Shown: positions 33,064-42,825 of the stretch, piece by piece
How the letters are laid out: every line of letters starts with the position of its first letter
Position numbering within the stretch: position 1 is the first letter of the stretch
DNA from: Candidatus Atabeyarchaeum deiterrae
GTDB lineage: Archaea; Asgardarchaeota; Atabeyarchaeia; Atabeyarchaeales; Atabeyarchaeaceae
NCBI GenBank assembly: GCA_037310415.1
Contig: CP147780.1
Location: 960,001 to 1,024,000, forward strand
Direction: 5' to 3'
Length of the DNA: 64,000 bases
Made by a program: the position numbers and the translations under genes
The notes under the pieces: model-generated
What the model was told of the DNA's origin: nothing
The model's input: the letters and a program-made list of their open reading frames with translations, nothing else
The model's database searches: none

Positions 33064-33990
33064 TTGCGCGCAAAGGCATTTTGCCCAGGTCACATAACAG
33101 GTTTCTTCGAGATCTGCGACGAACTCAGTGATCCACTTAGACGTGGATCACGTGGCGCAGGTGTATCGATAACAAAGGGAGTACTTACAGAGGTGACAAT
33201 CGAGGAATCAAGTTCAACTAAGGTGCAGAGTTACATAAATGGTAAACTATCTCTAGCTCCAGTAACAAGAAAAGTAGTCAGCCAGATGTTTGCGTTACGG
33301 AAGGATAGAAGGGATTGGCAAGTGTCAGTCAGACACGATTCACAGGTGCCTGTCGGATGTGGTATCGGCTCAAGCGGTGCGGGAGCATGGGGTACTGCTC
33401 TTGCTCTGAATTACCTATTCCAACTGAATTTGACTCATGACAGGATTGGACAAGTAGCTCATCAAGCCGAAGTTGATGAGAAGACGGGACTTGGCACAGT
33501 TCTTGCGCAGCAAAAAGGAGGAATTGAAATACGAACGAGTCCAGGTGCTCCAGGAATCGGTCATGCGGATCAACTGCCATTCAACCCAGATCTACGAATA
33601 GTCTACAGTTCGATTGGTCCCATCTCAACAAGAGCCATGCTCTCCGATCCTGCCGTAAAAGCAAAAATCAACGAGTTTGGTGCAGAATACGTTCAACAAT
33701 TATCGAACAATGCTTCTCCCAAAGAACTTATGAGTCTATCCAGACGATTCGCAGAACAAACTCAACTACTGTCAAGAGAATTGAGAATAGGCTTGGAGTT
33801 GCTTGATGAACATGGATTCCGTGACTCCAGCATGGCCTTATTTGGAGAGACGATCTTCAGCCTCGTGTGGATAGAAGAGGTTGAGACCGTAGCTGACGTC
33901 CTCAGACAATGGAACCAAAAAGGTGAAACTCATTCAGCTGAGATCGACGTGATTGGAGCAAGGTTAGTGGAGTGCGAAAGAGATGTCTGA
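33064..33990 (+). CDS. pok: Pantoate kinase (GHMP family)
   Basis: AFCPGHITGFF, GSRGAG, PVGCGIGSSGA, AEV...TGLGTV, GAPG. Confidence 0.93.
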   Translation: MRAKAFCPGHITGFFEICDELSDPLRRGSRGAGVSITKGVLTEVTIEESSSTKVQSYINGKLSLAPVTRKVVSQMFALRKDRRDWQVSVRHDSQVPVGCGIGSSGAGAWGTALALNYLFQLNLTHDRIGQVAHQAEVDEKTGLGTVLAQQKGGIEIRTSPGAPGIGHADQLPFNPDLRIVYSSIGPISTRAMLSDPAVKAKINEFGAEYVQQLSNNASPKELMSLSRRFAEQTQLLSRELRIGLELLDEHGFRDSSMALFGETIFSLVWIEEVETVADVLRQWNQKGETHSAEIDVIGARLVECERDV

Positions 33991-34777
33991 GATCCCTGAA
34001 ACACATCCTAGATCAGCTTCGCTGAGAATAAGGGAGCGTCTAATAGAAGGATTCAAACAAGGTTATGTCGCAATGGCAGGTTTGATCGCTCATGGTCGGG
34101 GTGAAGCATTCGACTATTTAATTGGAGAGTTAAGCATCGACGCGGCTCTGGTTGCAGCGAAGGTGGGCGCAGCTGCGCTATTGATTGCGAAGCATCCAGT
34201 CATAAGTGTCAATGGCAACTTAGCAGCTCTGGCGGCGAGGGAAACGATCGAGCTCGCACAGCTGACTAACTCGAAGACTGAAGTCAACCTCTTTTACAGA
34301 ACGCCTGAACGCGAATTGATCATTGAAGGTGTCTTGAAGGAAGCAGGCGCTTCTGAGGTTCTGGGAGTTCAAGACTCAGCAAGCGCGACCATACCAGAAC
34401 TTGATAGCAGAAGGAGAAGAGTGGATCCCCGCGGAATTCTTGTTGCGGACGTTGTTCTCGTCCCTATGGAGGATGGAGACAGAACTGAGGCCTTGCGAAA
34501 AATGGGTAAGACTGTGATAGCGATTGATTTGAATCCAATTAGTCGGACAGCTAAGGCTGCAAGCATAACTATCGTTGACAATGTTGTGAGAGCCATGCCA
34601 AACCTCGTACTCGAGGCAAGCAAGTTGAAAAGCGAAGGAAAGAAGTCAGAACTCGAGAGGCTGGTCAAAGGATTCGACAATAGGAAGAATCTTGTAGATT
34701 GTCTTTCTCAAATCTGGAATGGAATTTCAAGATTAAAGAAGGACGGTTTTCCTTCCACATTTGATGAAGATGTTTAA
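33983..34777 (+). CDS. pps: 4-phosphopantoate--beta-alanine ligase (phosphopantothenate synthetase)
   Basis: HPRSASL, GLIAHGRGEAFDYLIGE, SVNGN, EVNLFYRT, EDGDRTEAL. Confidence 0.96.
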   Translation: MSEIPETHPRSASLRIRERLIEGFKQGYVAMAGLIAHGRGEAFDYLIGELSIDAALVAAKVGAAALLIAKHPVISVNGNLAALAARETIELAQLTNSKTEVNLFYRTPERELIIEGVLKEAGASEVLGVQDSASATIPELDSRRRRVDPRGILVADVVLVPMEDGDRTEALRKMGKTVIAIDLNPISRTAKAASITIVDNVVRAMPNLVLEASKLKSEGKKSELERLVKGFDNRKNLVDCLSQIWNGISRLKKDGFPSTFDEDV

Positions 34778-34869
34778 TACTGATTCTGGCAATAGTATTG
34801 TACCTTCAGTAATTGAACGAATAAGGAATATGTTCACAATCCGTGATTCTGGGAGGCGTCAGACTAGCA

Positions 34870-36183
34870 ATGGGTGAATCCAAAGAGCAACGAAAACCCA
34901 TTCTTCAAGTCGCTCTTGACTTTGAGAACCTGCACCGTGCGGTCCAAATAGCATCTGAAGCGGTCAAGGGCGGAGCTGACTGGCTTGAAGCTGGGACCCC
35001 CCTGATCAAGAGCGAAGGTTTGCAGGCCGTAAGAGAATTTAGAAAGCGATTCCCTGACAAGGTGATAGTCGCTGACATGAAGACCATGGACACTGGCAGG
35101 TTTGAGGTAGAGATAGCTGCCAAGGCTGGAGCTCAAATAGTGATTATACTCGCGACCGCCGATGACAGCACAATCAAGGAGGCAGTTGAAGCTGGTCGCA
35201 ACTACGGCGCTCAAATAATGGTCGACTTGCTTAATGTCAACGATATGGTGTCTAGGGCGGTAGAATTGGAAAAGTTGGGTGTTGACTACATTTGCGTGCA
35301 CATAGGCATCGACCAACAGATGCGAGGCATGAAAGCTGAGAATGTGATCAAGCAAGTTGCAGAGGTTGTCCATACTCCCATAGCTGCAGCCGGTGGCGTG
35401 AACTCTGAAAACGCTCCGACCTTGGTTGAGGCTGGTGCCCAGATAGTGATTGTTGGGGGCGCAGTGACAAAAGCTGAAAACGCTGAGGAAGCGGCTCGAA
35501 CGCTGAAGAAGACAATGCTGACAGGGAAGCCAATAGCCACGAAACTCTACAAGAAGTACGCTGAGGAAGAGATTGTGAAAGTGTTCAAGATGTGTTCAAC
35601 GCCAAACATATCTGACGCTATGCACAGACGCGGCGAGATGAAAGGTATCGTTCCGATTGCGCCTGGTTTCAAAATGGTTGGAAAAGCATTGACTGTGAGA
35701 ACATATCCAGGCGATTGGGCAAAGCCTGTTGAAAGCATAGATGTTGGTAGCAGGGGGGACGTCATAGTCATTGAAGCTGGTGGGCAGGGTCCAGCCGTGT
35801 GGGGAGAACTTGCATCATGGAGCTGCAAGACACAGGGTATCGAAGGAGTCGTGATAGACGGTGCCATAAGAGACGTTGAAGACATTAGAGAGCTGAAGTT
35901 ACCTGCATTTTCACGACTAATCAGTCCAACGGCAGGCGAACCGAAAGGATTCGGCGAAATAAACATTGACATAACATGCGGAGGAGTCAAGGTTAGACCC
36001 GGCGACTACATTATTGGTGACGACAACGGAGTCGTAGTAGTCCCAAAAGAATCGGCTGTAGAAATCGCCAACAGGTCAATTGACGTAAGAGAGAAGGAAA
36101 ACAGACTGCGAGAAGAGATCAAGAGAGGCAGTACTCTCTCGAAAGTCCAGAAATTGAGGCAGTGGGAAAAAGTTATCGGGTGA
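34870..36183 (+). CDS. 3-hexulose-6-phosphate synthase fused to an RraA/HMG-aldolase domain
   Basis: HPS motifs LQVALD, EAGTPLIKSEG, ADMKTMDTG, HIGIDQQ; RraA motifs STPNISDAM, WGEL, DGAIRD, PGDYIIGDDNGVVVVP. Confidence 0.93.
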   Translation: MGESKEQRKPILQVALDFENLHRAVQIASEAVKGGADWLEAGTPLIKSEGLQAVREFRKRFPDKVIVADMKTMDTGRFEVEIAAKAGAQIVIILATADDSTIKEAVEAGRNYGAQIMVDLLNVNDMVSRAVELEKLGVDYICVHIGIDQQMRGMKAENVIKQVAEVVHTPIAAAGGVNSENAPTLVEAGAQIVIVGGAVTKAENAEEAARTLKKTMLTGKPIATKLYKKYAEEEIVKVFKMCSTPNISDAMHRRGEMKGIVPIAPGFKMVGKALTVRTYPGDWAKPVESIDVGSRGDVIVIEAGGQGPAVWGELASWSCKTQGIEGVVIDGAIRDVEDIRELKLPAFSRLISPTAGEPKGFGEINIDITCGGVKVRPGDYIIGDDNGVVVVPKESAVEIANRSIDVREKENRLREEIKRGSTLSKVQKLRQWEKVIG

Positions 36184-36251
36184 AGTTGACTCTCAGAGCT
36201 ACTCACTTCGCTTTCGTTCTATTCGCCAGACAATAATGGTCTATCGGTGAA

Positions 36252-37211
36252 GTGGTTTTGCGATTAGTTGTTCTTGGAGCAGGCGCTATAGGCAGCTTGT
36301 TCGGCGGTCTGCTATCAGAGGCTGGTTTAGATGTTGTATTGATAGGAAGGTCTTCGCATGTTAAAGCCATCAAATCCCATGGACTACACATCAATGGAGT
36401 CAGCGGCCGCAGAATACTGAAACTCAGGTCTGAGGCGAAGGTTTCAGCAATAAAGGAAAAGTCGGATATCGTTTTATGCACAGTCAAGGCTTATGATACG
36501 AAACAAGCAGCCATCGATGCGAAGCCTCTGATTGGAGAAGACTCTCTGTTTTTATGCATCCAGAATGGTCTCGATGTCGAGAGAGAAGCTGCCGAAGTGT
36601 TCGGAGCAAGTAGAACAGAACGAGGAGTCACTAACAATGGCGTCCTATTCACAAAACCAGGTTACATCAATCACACAGGCTTGGGAGACACCCTCATCGG
36701 CTGTTCCAATAAACAATGGCAAAAAAGAATCGATGGGCTGGTAGAATCCCTGAACAAAGTGGGTCTACCTTCCAAGGTGACCGGCGATATTCAGAAAGTC
36801 GTCTGGTCAAAGGTTCTCATCAATGTAGGTATAAACGCAATAGGCGCATTAACACACCTCAGGAATGGAGACCTTCTAGCGAGACCGCACCTGAAGGACT
36901 TAATGAGGTCGGCTGTAAATGAGGGATTGAATGTCGCTGACAAGCTTGGGCTTAACTTTAGAGAAGAGGACATCGTCGAGAAAACCTTTAAGGTTGCTAA
37001 GGCAACATCCTTGAATAAGAATTCGATGCTTCAGGACTTGGAAAAAGGTCGAAGAACAGAAATAGATTTCATAAACGGAGCCATCGAGAAGACTGGGAAG
37101 ACCATCGGAGTGCCCACACCAGTCAATAGTACGCTCACAGCATTGTTGAAGGGACTAGAATCTAGGATCGGGAAAGAGCAGACGCAGACAGGAACAATTT
37201 CAGCCTTTTGA
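36252..37211 (+). CDS. panE: 2-dehydropantoate 2-reductase
   Basis: GAGAIG, TVKAYD, QNG, WSKVLIN..IN, SMLQD...RRTEIDFING. Confidence 0.95.
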   Translation: MVLRLVVLGAGAIGSLFGGLLSEAGLDVVLIGRSSHVKAIKSHGLHINGVSGRRILKLRSEAKVSAIKEKSDIVLCTVKAYDTKQAAIDAKPLIGEDSLFLCIQNGLDVEREAAEVFGASRTERGVTNNGVLFTKPGYINHTGLGDTLIGCSNKQWQKRIDGLVESLNKVGLPSKVTGDIQKVVWSKVLINVGINAIGALTHLRNGDLLARPHLKDLMRSAVNEGLNVADKLGLNFREEDIVEKTFKVAKATSLNKNSMLQDLEKGRRTEIDFINGAIEKTGKTIGVPTPVNSTLTALLKGLESRIGKEQTQTGTISAF

Positions 37212-37227
37212 AAAGGAGAGAAGGTTC

Positions 37228-38394
37228 TTGGAAGAAGCGGGTATTGCGACAGAGAGAGTCCTAAAAGAACTAGAGGAACACACCAGAGACGACTTCACAA
37301 ATGACTCAGGTAGAATACTTGGCTCCATGATATGTAAGCCTCACGAATTCGCGGTCGAAGTCTACATGAAGTACATTGAGAAGAATCTTGGAGATCCAGG
37401 ACTGTACCCAGGCGTAGGTAAGATTGAAAAAGAGGCTATTCGAATGATAGGGTCGCTACTCAGTCACCCCAAAGCTTACGGTAACATTGTGACTGGAGGT
37501 TCTGAGGCCAATTTGATGGCGATGGCAGTTGCTCGGAATATGAGAAAAGACATACGCAGACCGGAGGTCATTCTTCCAAGATCAGCCCATGTTTCCTTTG
37601 CAAAAGCGGGTTGTCTACTTGGTCTCCGCGAAAGAAAGGTCGGACTGACTAGATTCTTTGAAATGAATGTAGACGAATTACGAAAATCAATCACGAAGAA
37701 CACTGTCGCCATTGTTGCCGTGGCAGGCACGACGCTTCTGGGCGTGGTTGACCCAATTAAAGAGATCTCCGAGATAGCTGACGAAAACCAGATATATCTC
37801 CATATAGACGCTGCTTTCGGTGGATTCGTAATTCCTTTTCTTAAAGAGCTCGGCTATTCTGCGCCAGAGTTTGACTTCAAACTCAGAGGAGTCTCTTCGA
37901 TAACTGCAGATCCACATAAGATGGGCTTTTGCCCGATTCCTTCAGGAGGAATACTCTTCAGGAAACAGAACTACGTCAAATACAACAGTGTCAAGGTTCC
38001 ATATCTTGCCGGAGGGATTGCAACCCAAGGAACGATAGTAGGTACGCGGAGCGGGGCATCCGCGTGTGCTGTTTGGGCCCTTATGAAGCACCTTGGTCGA
38101 GAAGGATTTAGGGAACCTGTTAAACACTGCATGGAACTCACGCACTACCTTGCAGATGAAATCGAACGCTTGGATGGTGTTGAACTCACGGTTCCACCCA
38201 CAGTTAACATTATAGGGATCAGATCAAAGGACTACGCAATCCGATCCATCTGGAAGAAACTGAGAGACATAGGTTGGGCCGTTGGTGGACTTAGAGAGTC
38301 ACTTCGCGTCGTGATTCTCCCCCACCATCGGCGCGAGCATATTGACGCTTTCCTTACGGATCTGAAAACTGTGCTGCGCGACATGGGAAAATAG
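37228..38394 (+). CDS. mfnA: PLP-dependent L-aspartate/L-tyrosine decarboxylase
   Basis: ILGSMIC.PH, NLGDPGL, GGSEAN, HIDAAFGG, DPHKMG. Confidence 0.93.
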   Translation: MEEAGIATERVLKELEEHTRDDFTNDSGRILGSMICKPHEFAVEVYMKYIEKNLGDPGLYPGVGKIEKEAIRMIGSLLSHPKAYGNIVTGGSEANLMAMAVARNMRKDIRRPEVILPRSAHVSFAKAGCLLGLRERKVGLTRFFEMNVDELRKSITKNTVAIVAVAGTTLLGVVDPIKEISEIADENQIYLHIDAAFGGFVIPFLKELGYSAPEFDFKLRGVSSITADPHKMGFCPIPSGGILFRKQNYVKYNSVKVPYLAGGIATQGTIVGTRSGASACAVWALMKHLGREGFREPVKHCMELTHYLADEIERLDGVELTVPPTVNIIGIRSKDYAIRSIWKKLRDIGWAVGGLRESLRVVILPHHRREHIDAFLTDLKTVLRDMGK

Positions 38395-38450
38395 AATAGT
38401 CCTTCTTAGAATTAGGATGTCGTTCACGGAGTGCACCAGTTCTTCGGATA

Positions 38451-39155
38451 CTAAATGAATGTCTCAACACAGTCTGCCGCAAGTTTGATGTGCTCGTTGC
38501 CATGATTCATGACAGGATTCATGTGTCCTGGCAACAAGTGTTTTACATTTAGTTTCGCGAGCATCTTTATCGATCTTATCAGAGCTTCTGGATCGCCCGT
38601 TGGAAAGTCGACCCTTCCAAAGCCTCCATCGGCGAAGACCGTGTCTCCTGAGAAGAGTATGCTGTTTTTCACATCAAATAGGCAAATGCTCCCAGCAGTG
38701 TGACCTGGGGTACTCATGACCTTGAGTTTCATTCCGCCAGCTTCGATGATCTCCCCGTCCTTGAGTCTGACGTCGACTTTAGTTGGAGGAAAACTGACTC
38801 CCATCATCGTCGCTAAAAGAACTGGTCCCTTCCCGGACTCAATATATGGTGCCTCCAAATCATACACATATACCTTGGGCGAACAATCAGACACAATCTT
38901 TGGGAGTCCACCCGAGTGGTCTATGTGAACATGCGTGAGTACAGCCCTCTTAACATTCTGTCTCGTCAACCCAAGCGATTCGACAAGTCTGTAGATATTG
39001 GAAACGAAGAGTCCGGTTCCAGTATCAATCAGGGTGATTTCTTTTCCATCTTTGAGGACATAGACATTGGCATCGAATCCAACACCTTGGACTAAGTACA
39101 CTCCTTCAAGCAGCTGCAAGAATAGATACCTCCAATTAGATTGCGATCTACGCAT
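38451..39155 (-). CDS. Metallo-beta-lactamase-fold hydrolase
   Basis: LIDTG, THVHIDHSGG, TPGHTAG, FSGD, PGH; true start probably near 39119. Confidence 0.92.
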   Translation of the reverse strand: MRRSQSNWRYLFLQLLEGVYLVQGVGFDANVYVLKDGKEITLIDTGTGLFVSNIYRLVESLGLTRQNVKRAVLTHVHIDHSGGLPKIVSDCSPKVYVYDLEAPYIESGKGPVLLATMMGVSFPPTKVDVRLKDGEIIEAGGMKLKVMSTPGHTAGSICLFDVKNSILFSGDTVFADGGFGRVDFPTGDPEALIRSIKMLAKLNVKHLLPGHMNPVMNHGNEHIKLAADCVETFI

Positions 39156-39282
39156 TGATTCACAGTCAAGAATTGATTTTTGAACTCAAGGTAGATAAAC
39201 AGATAAGATATATCTAAGTCATGGATTAAAGAAGTTACGCAACAGACTGCAGATATAGAGATCTAATCGGAGTGAGTTTACA

Positions 39283-39615
39283 ATGCCAAAAAGCGAACCG
39301 TTTGTCGAGGAAGTAGAGCGAAAACTAACCAAGTTGAAAAATGGTTCTGGTGTAGAAGGCGTTTTCATAATATCAAAAGAAGGGTTGCCTATAGTGAGCG
39401 TCGGCCCTCAGGGTGAGGATGCTCTTGAGGTTATTGGTCCAATCTCCTCAACACTTCTCCAAGTTCTTAATGAGAACAGGAGAAAACTGTTCTGCTACTT
39501 CTTGGGCGATGGAGTTCTGTTGGCAGCAACATCAGACGACAGAGGAAAATTGAACAAAGTCGAGAAATGGGTTAGAAAGAACTCTAGGGAGATTTATGAG
39601 CGGTTCCTGAAGTAA
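39283..39615 (+). CDS. Roadblock/LC7-like protein
   Basis: GVEGVFIISKEGLPIVS matches the Roadblock beta1-beta2 signature. Confidence 0.75.
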   Translation: MPKSEPFVEEVERKLTKLKNGSGVEGVFIISKEGLPIVSVGPQGEDALEVIGPISSTLLQVLNENRRKLFCYFLGDGVLLAATSDDRGKLNKVEKWVRKNSREIYERFLK

Positions 39616-39689
39616 GGCATCCAGAATACACCTGAAAGTCTGTGACTGCAAAAGGAAGACGCCATCATTATCCTAAATGAGGTGGAATT

Positions 39690-40079
39690 GTGAGTGGGCC
39701 ATTCGGTGCCGAAGACATAATTGAAGCCCCGCTGGAAACAATACGGAAAGCTGCCGAAGAAGTTCTGGGCGGAGATCCAAAAGAAGAGACACTGAAGGAC
39801 GGTTCCACGACTTTCACGAAGAATGTAACGCAATGTCCTCCCCAGATCAGAGTAATACCTCTAGGAAAAACTAAGTTCCGCATTATATCTACGTCTCTAT
39901 GCAATATCAAGGATTGCGACTACTGGCGGCGCTGTGCAGAACTTGATAGCGGGAATATGCAAGAGCTTAAGGAGGCAGTCGCCAAGCTTCAAGGGAAGAC
40001 ACTACCGCACGCAGAGAAGAAATGGACAATAGCACAGGGTAAGAGCGGGCACGTCGTTGATGATGCATTGAGGAAGTAA
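39690..40079 (+). CDS. Hypothetical protein with four cysteines
   Basis: GTG after GAGGTGG; QCPP and CNIKDCDYWRRC. Confidence 0.7.
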   Translation: MSGPFGAEDIIEAPLETIRKAAEEVLGGDPKEETLKDGSTTFTKNVTQCPPQIRVIPLGKTKFRIISTSLCNIKDCDYWRRCAELDSGNMQELKEAVAKLQGKTLPHAEKKWTIAQGKSGHVVDDALRK

Positions 40080-40140
40080 GCAGAAAAGTGTGGATATCAG
40101 AAGTAGGACAGGATGAGTTGACACGGCAGAGACCTGGGCC

Positions 40141-40902
40141 TTGCATGTTAGTCCTCCAGAGGGAAGTGACATGGAACGTCACATTGAGAGACTCACGTAC
40201 GTCGAAGTTAAGAAGCTAATCGAAGAAGGCAAAGACACGGTAGTTCTTCCGATCGGGACAATTGAAGCACACGGACCGCATTTGCCGCTCGCGACTGATG
40301 TCCTTATTCCTGTCAGCTTGGCAGAGAGGATAGCGGATACCTTGGATGCTCTGATTGCTCCGCCGATTAGCTATGGGATAACGCGCTCATTGCTAGCATA
40401 CTCTGGTTCTTTGACTGTATCATCGCAAGTGTTCAAGGAATACGTAAAGGGAATTCTGGAGAGTCTTGCTAGGCACGGGTTCAAAAAGGTTATCGTAGTC
40501 AATGGACATGGCGGTCACCTGAACGAGCTGAAAGAAGTTGGTATGGAGATTTGGTCCGGGTTCCGACTGAAAACAGTGATGTTTCATTGGTGGCTTGCTC
40601 TAGGCGAGTTTACGAAAGAGTTCTTCGGGGAGCAAAGTGGACATGCGGCCATTGATGAGACCGCTATGATAATGGCAATTGACGAGAACCTCGTAAAAGA
40701 GGAGCTCTACTCAGAACAGGCGGTTGCAACAAACATGCAGGGTGTAGATGTCTACCCCTTTCATGGGTCGGTTATCTTGTACAAGAAGGGTGAGGGGTTC
40801 CCAGTCTTCGACGCGTCCAAGGCAACTGAATATTATGAAGGCGTCGTGAAGAACACCATTGAACTATTGAAAGAGATCTTGGATAAATGGAACAGTATAT
40901 AG
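40141..40902 (+). CDS. Creatininase/ArfB-family amidohydrolase
   Basis: LPIGTIEAHGPHLPLATD, NGHGG, GHAAIDET; start probably ATG 40171. Confidence 0.93.
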   Translation: MHVSPPEGSDMERHIERLTYVEVKKLIEEGKDTVVLPIGTIEAHGPHLPLATDVLIPVSLAERIADTLDALIAPPISYGITRSLLAYSGSLTVSSQVFKEYVKGILESLARHGFKKVIVVNGHGGHLNELKEVGMEIWSGFRLKTVMFHWWLALGEFTKEFFGEQSGHAAIDETAMIMAIDENLVKEELYSEQAVATNMQGVDVYPFHGSVILYKKGEGFPVFDASKATEYYEGVVKNTIELLKEILDKWNSI

Positions 40903-40939
40903 TTGCAGTGGTTACGTGCCTCTTTCTTTCTGGTGAACC

Positions 40940-41956
40940 TCAATCGGTGTTCGTCTGAGGCAGACTGAGAGTCTGTTTGAATGTTGTCTCATACCTCTGT
41001 TTGACTTCTTTATATGTGAAGAGGTGTTCTTGTGGGCCTTCCCCCTCAACCACGAATGAGCCAACTATTGCTCCGAGCTTAGCTGAGTCCTCAAGAGAAA
41101 GTGAATTCAGTAGTCCAGCTAGAATCCCAGAACGGTAGCCGTCTCCTGCTCCAGTGGAGTCATGGAAAACTCTGGGTTTTGCTATTGGTATCTGCTTAAC
41201 ATAGCCGCGTCCGTATAGTTTTGACCCCTTTGATCCTTCCGTGACAATTACATTTGGTACATCCGACAGAATCTTCTCTATCGACGTATTCAACTTCCTT
41301 TTCACCAACTCAATCTCGTGAGTATTTGCTATCAGTAGCATAGACTTCGGGATTATCTCCATAAGCTGTTCGGGAGTGAATGCGGGAACAACCTGTCCAG
41401 GGTCGAATACAAACGGTATGCGAAGCTTGGCCAGTTCCTGCGTGTGGCTGACAAAAGCATCGACTGGGTTGGGAGCCACGATGGCGAGTTTGACTTTGTT
41501 GAGGTCACTCCCAAGCGCCTTTTTCAATGAAATTGCGCCTGCGTGCTTAAGCGCACCTGGGTGGAATATGGTAAGCTGGTTGTTCGTCGAATCGCTGATA
41601 ATGTAAGCAGCGGCTGTATGTTCATCGGGTTGCACAGTTAGCCTCACATCAACTCCCACTTTTCGAAGATGGCTATCATATTTCATTGCTACAAGATCTT
41701 GGCCGGCAGAAGAAACAGCGATCGCCCTTGTCCCAAGAAGCGCAAGGTTGTACGAGATGTTCCCAGCAGTTCCTCCAAACCTGACTCTCAAACTGCCCAC
41801 GTTGAATGAACCGACCAAGTTCTGGTCGGCATCTGGGACTATCACGTCTCTGAATCGGCCGTCGAACTTCATTATGTAATCGAAGGCGATTGAACCAAGA
41901 ACTAGGACGGCATTATCCATTCTTCTCACCATTTCTGGGAAATGTGATTCACGCAT
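40940..41956 (-). CDS. PfkB-family nucleoside/carbohydrate kinase (adenosine/nucleoside kinase-like)
   Basis: GSIAFD, GGTAGN, DPGQ, DSTGAGDGY. Confidence 0.92.
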   Translation of the reverse strand: MRESHFPEMVRRMDNAVLVLGSIAFDYIMKFDGRFRDVIVPDADQNLVGSFNVGSLRVRFGGTAGNISYNLALLGTRAIAVSSAGQDLVAMKYDSHLRKVGVDVRLTVQPDEHTAAAYIISDSTNNQLTIFHPGALKHAGAISLKKALGSDLNKVKLAIVAPNPVDAFVSHTQELAKLRIPFVFDPGQVVPAFTPEQLMEIIPKSMLLIANTHEIELVKRKLNTSIEKILSDVPNVIVTEGSKGSKLYGRGYVKQIPIAKPRVFHDSTGAGDGYRSGILAGLLNSLSLEDSAKLGAIVGSFVVEGEGPQEHLFTYKEVKQRYETTFKQTLSLPQTNTD

Positions 41957-42118
41957 GGTGATGAGACTGTATTATGAAACATTCCTCAACTCTGATTCCA
42001 CAAGTAATAATACTTTTCGGAAAAATTCAGACGTGATCTGCTTCGGAAACGCGGCATCTGTACAGAAGCTGGTGTTGGGAGTTCTGTGGGAAGAACTGCA
42101 ATGAAGTATTATCTCGTT

Positions 42119-42823
42119 CTATTTCTCTTTGCCATCAGACTTGTCAAGCTGTTTGAGAACAGAGAAGATTTCTGAGAGTCTGTTTATTTCGAACCTTGGT
42201 ATGCAATCTGATGTGGAAGGTTCCTCCGTCCGAAACTCCCCTCTGCGTATTCTAACGGATACGACTCCAGTTTCGTTAGCCGCCTTGATCTCTTTCTGAA
42301 TTTTCGCGCCAACGAAGACAGTTTCGTCAGCACTTACATTAAGAGCTTTTAGAATGTCCTTGAAGTTCTCACGTGAGAGCATGTCTCCTTCTGCGACGGT
42401 GACATGGTGAAATAGGTGTTGAAGACCGAGTCTGATGAGTTTTTCCCACTCTTTCACTGCTCTACCATAGGAAATCGCGCCAATACCGAATTTCTTGTCG
42501 CGCAAAGCAAGCAATGTGGGAATGGTTTCAGGAAAAGGTCTCAAGAAAGCAGCCTTAGTATCATGATAAGCTGCTATCGCAGCGGCTATGACTCTGTCTG
42601 TTCTGTTAACGCCGAGCTTTTGAAGAGTGACATCGAAGTGTTTGTCGAAATTGTCACCATATTCGGTTACGACAGTTTTCAATGCGTTGAAAGTGCTCTC
42701 GAAATCAAGAGGTATGCCAGCCTCCAACATTGCTCGGACAGCGTTGATTCTCGCCATGTAAGTCTGAAGCGAGGCATCATACAACGAGTCGTTGAGTCCA
42801 AAAAGCACACATTTTACTTTCAA
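42119..42823 (-). CDS. HAD-IA-family protein with degenerate catalytic motifs
   Basis: Overall archaeal HAD pattern (WEKLIRLGL, RIRRG), but motif I reads FGLNDSL. Confidence 0.8.
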   Translation of the reverse strand: MKVKCVLFGLNDSLYDASLQTYMARINAVRAMLEAGIPLDFESTFNALKTVVTEYGDNFDKHFDVTLQKLGVNRTDRVIAAAIAAYHDTKAAFLRPFPETIPTLLALRDKKFGIGAISYGRAVKEWEKLIRLGLQHLFHHVTVAEGDMLSRENFKDILKALNVSADETVFVGAKIQKEIKAANETGVVSVRIRRGEFRTEEPSTSDCIPRFEINRLSEIFSVLKQLDKSDGKEK

Positions 42824-42825
42824 TT

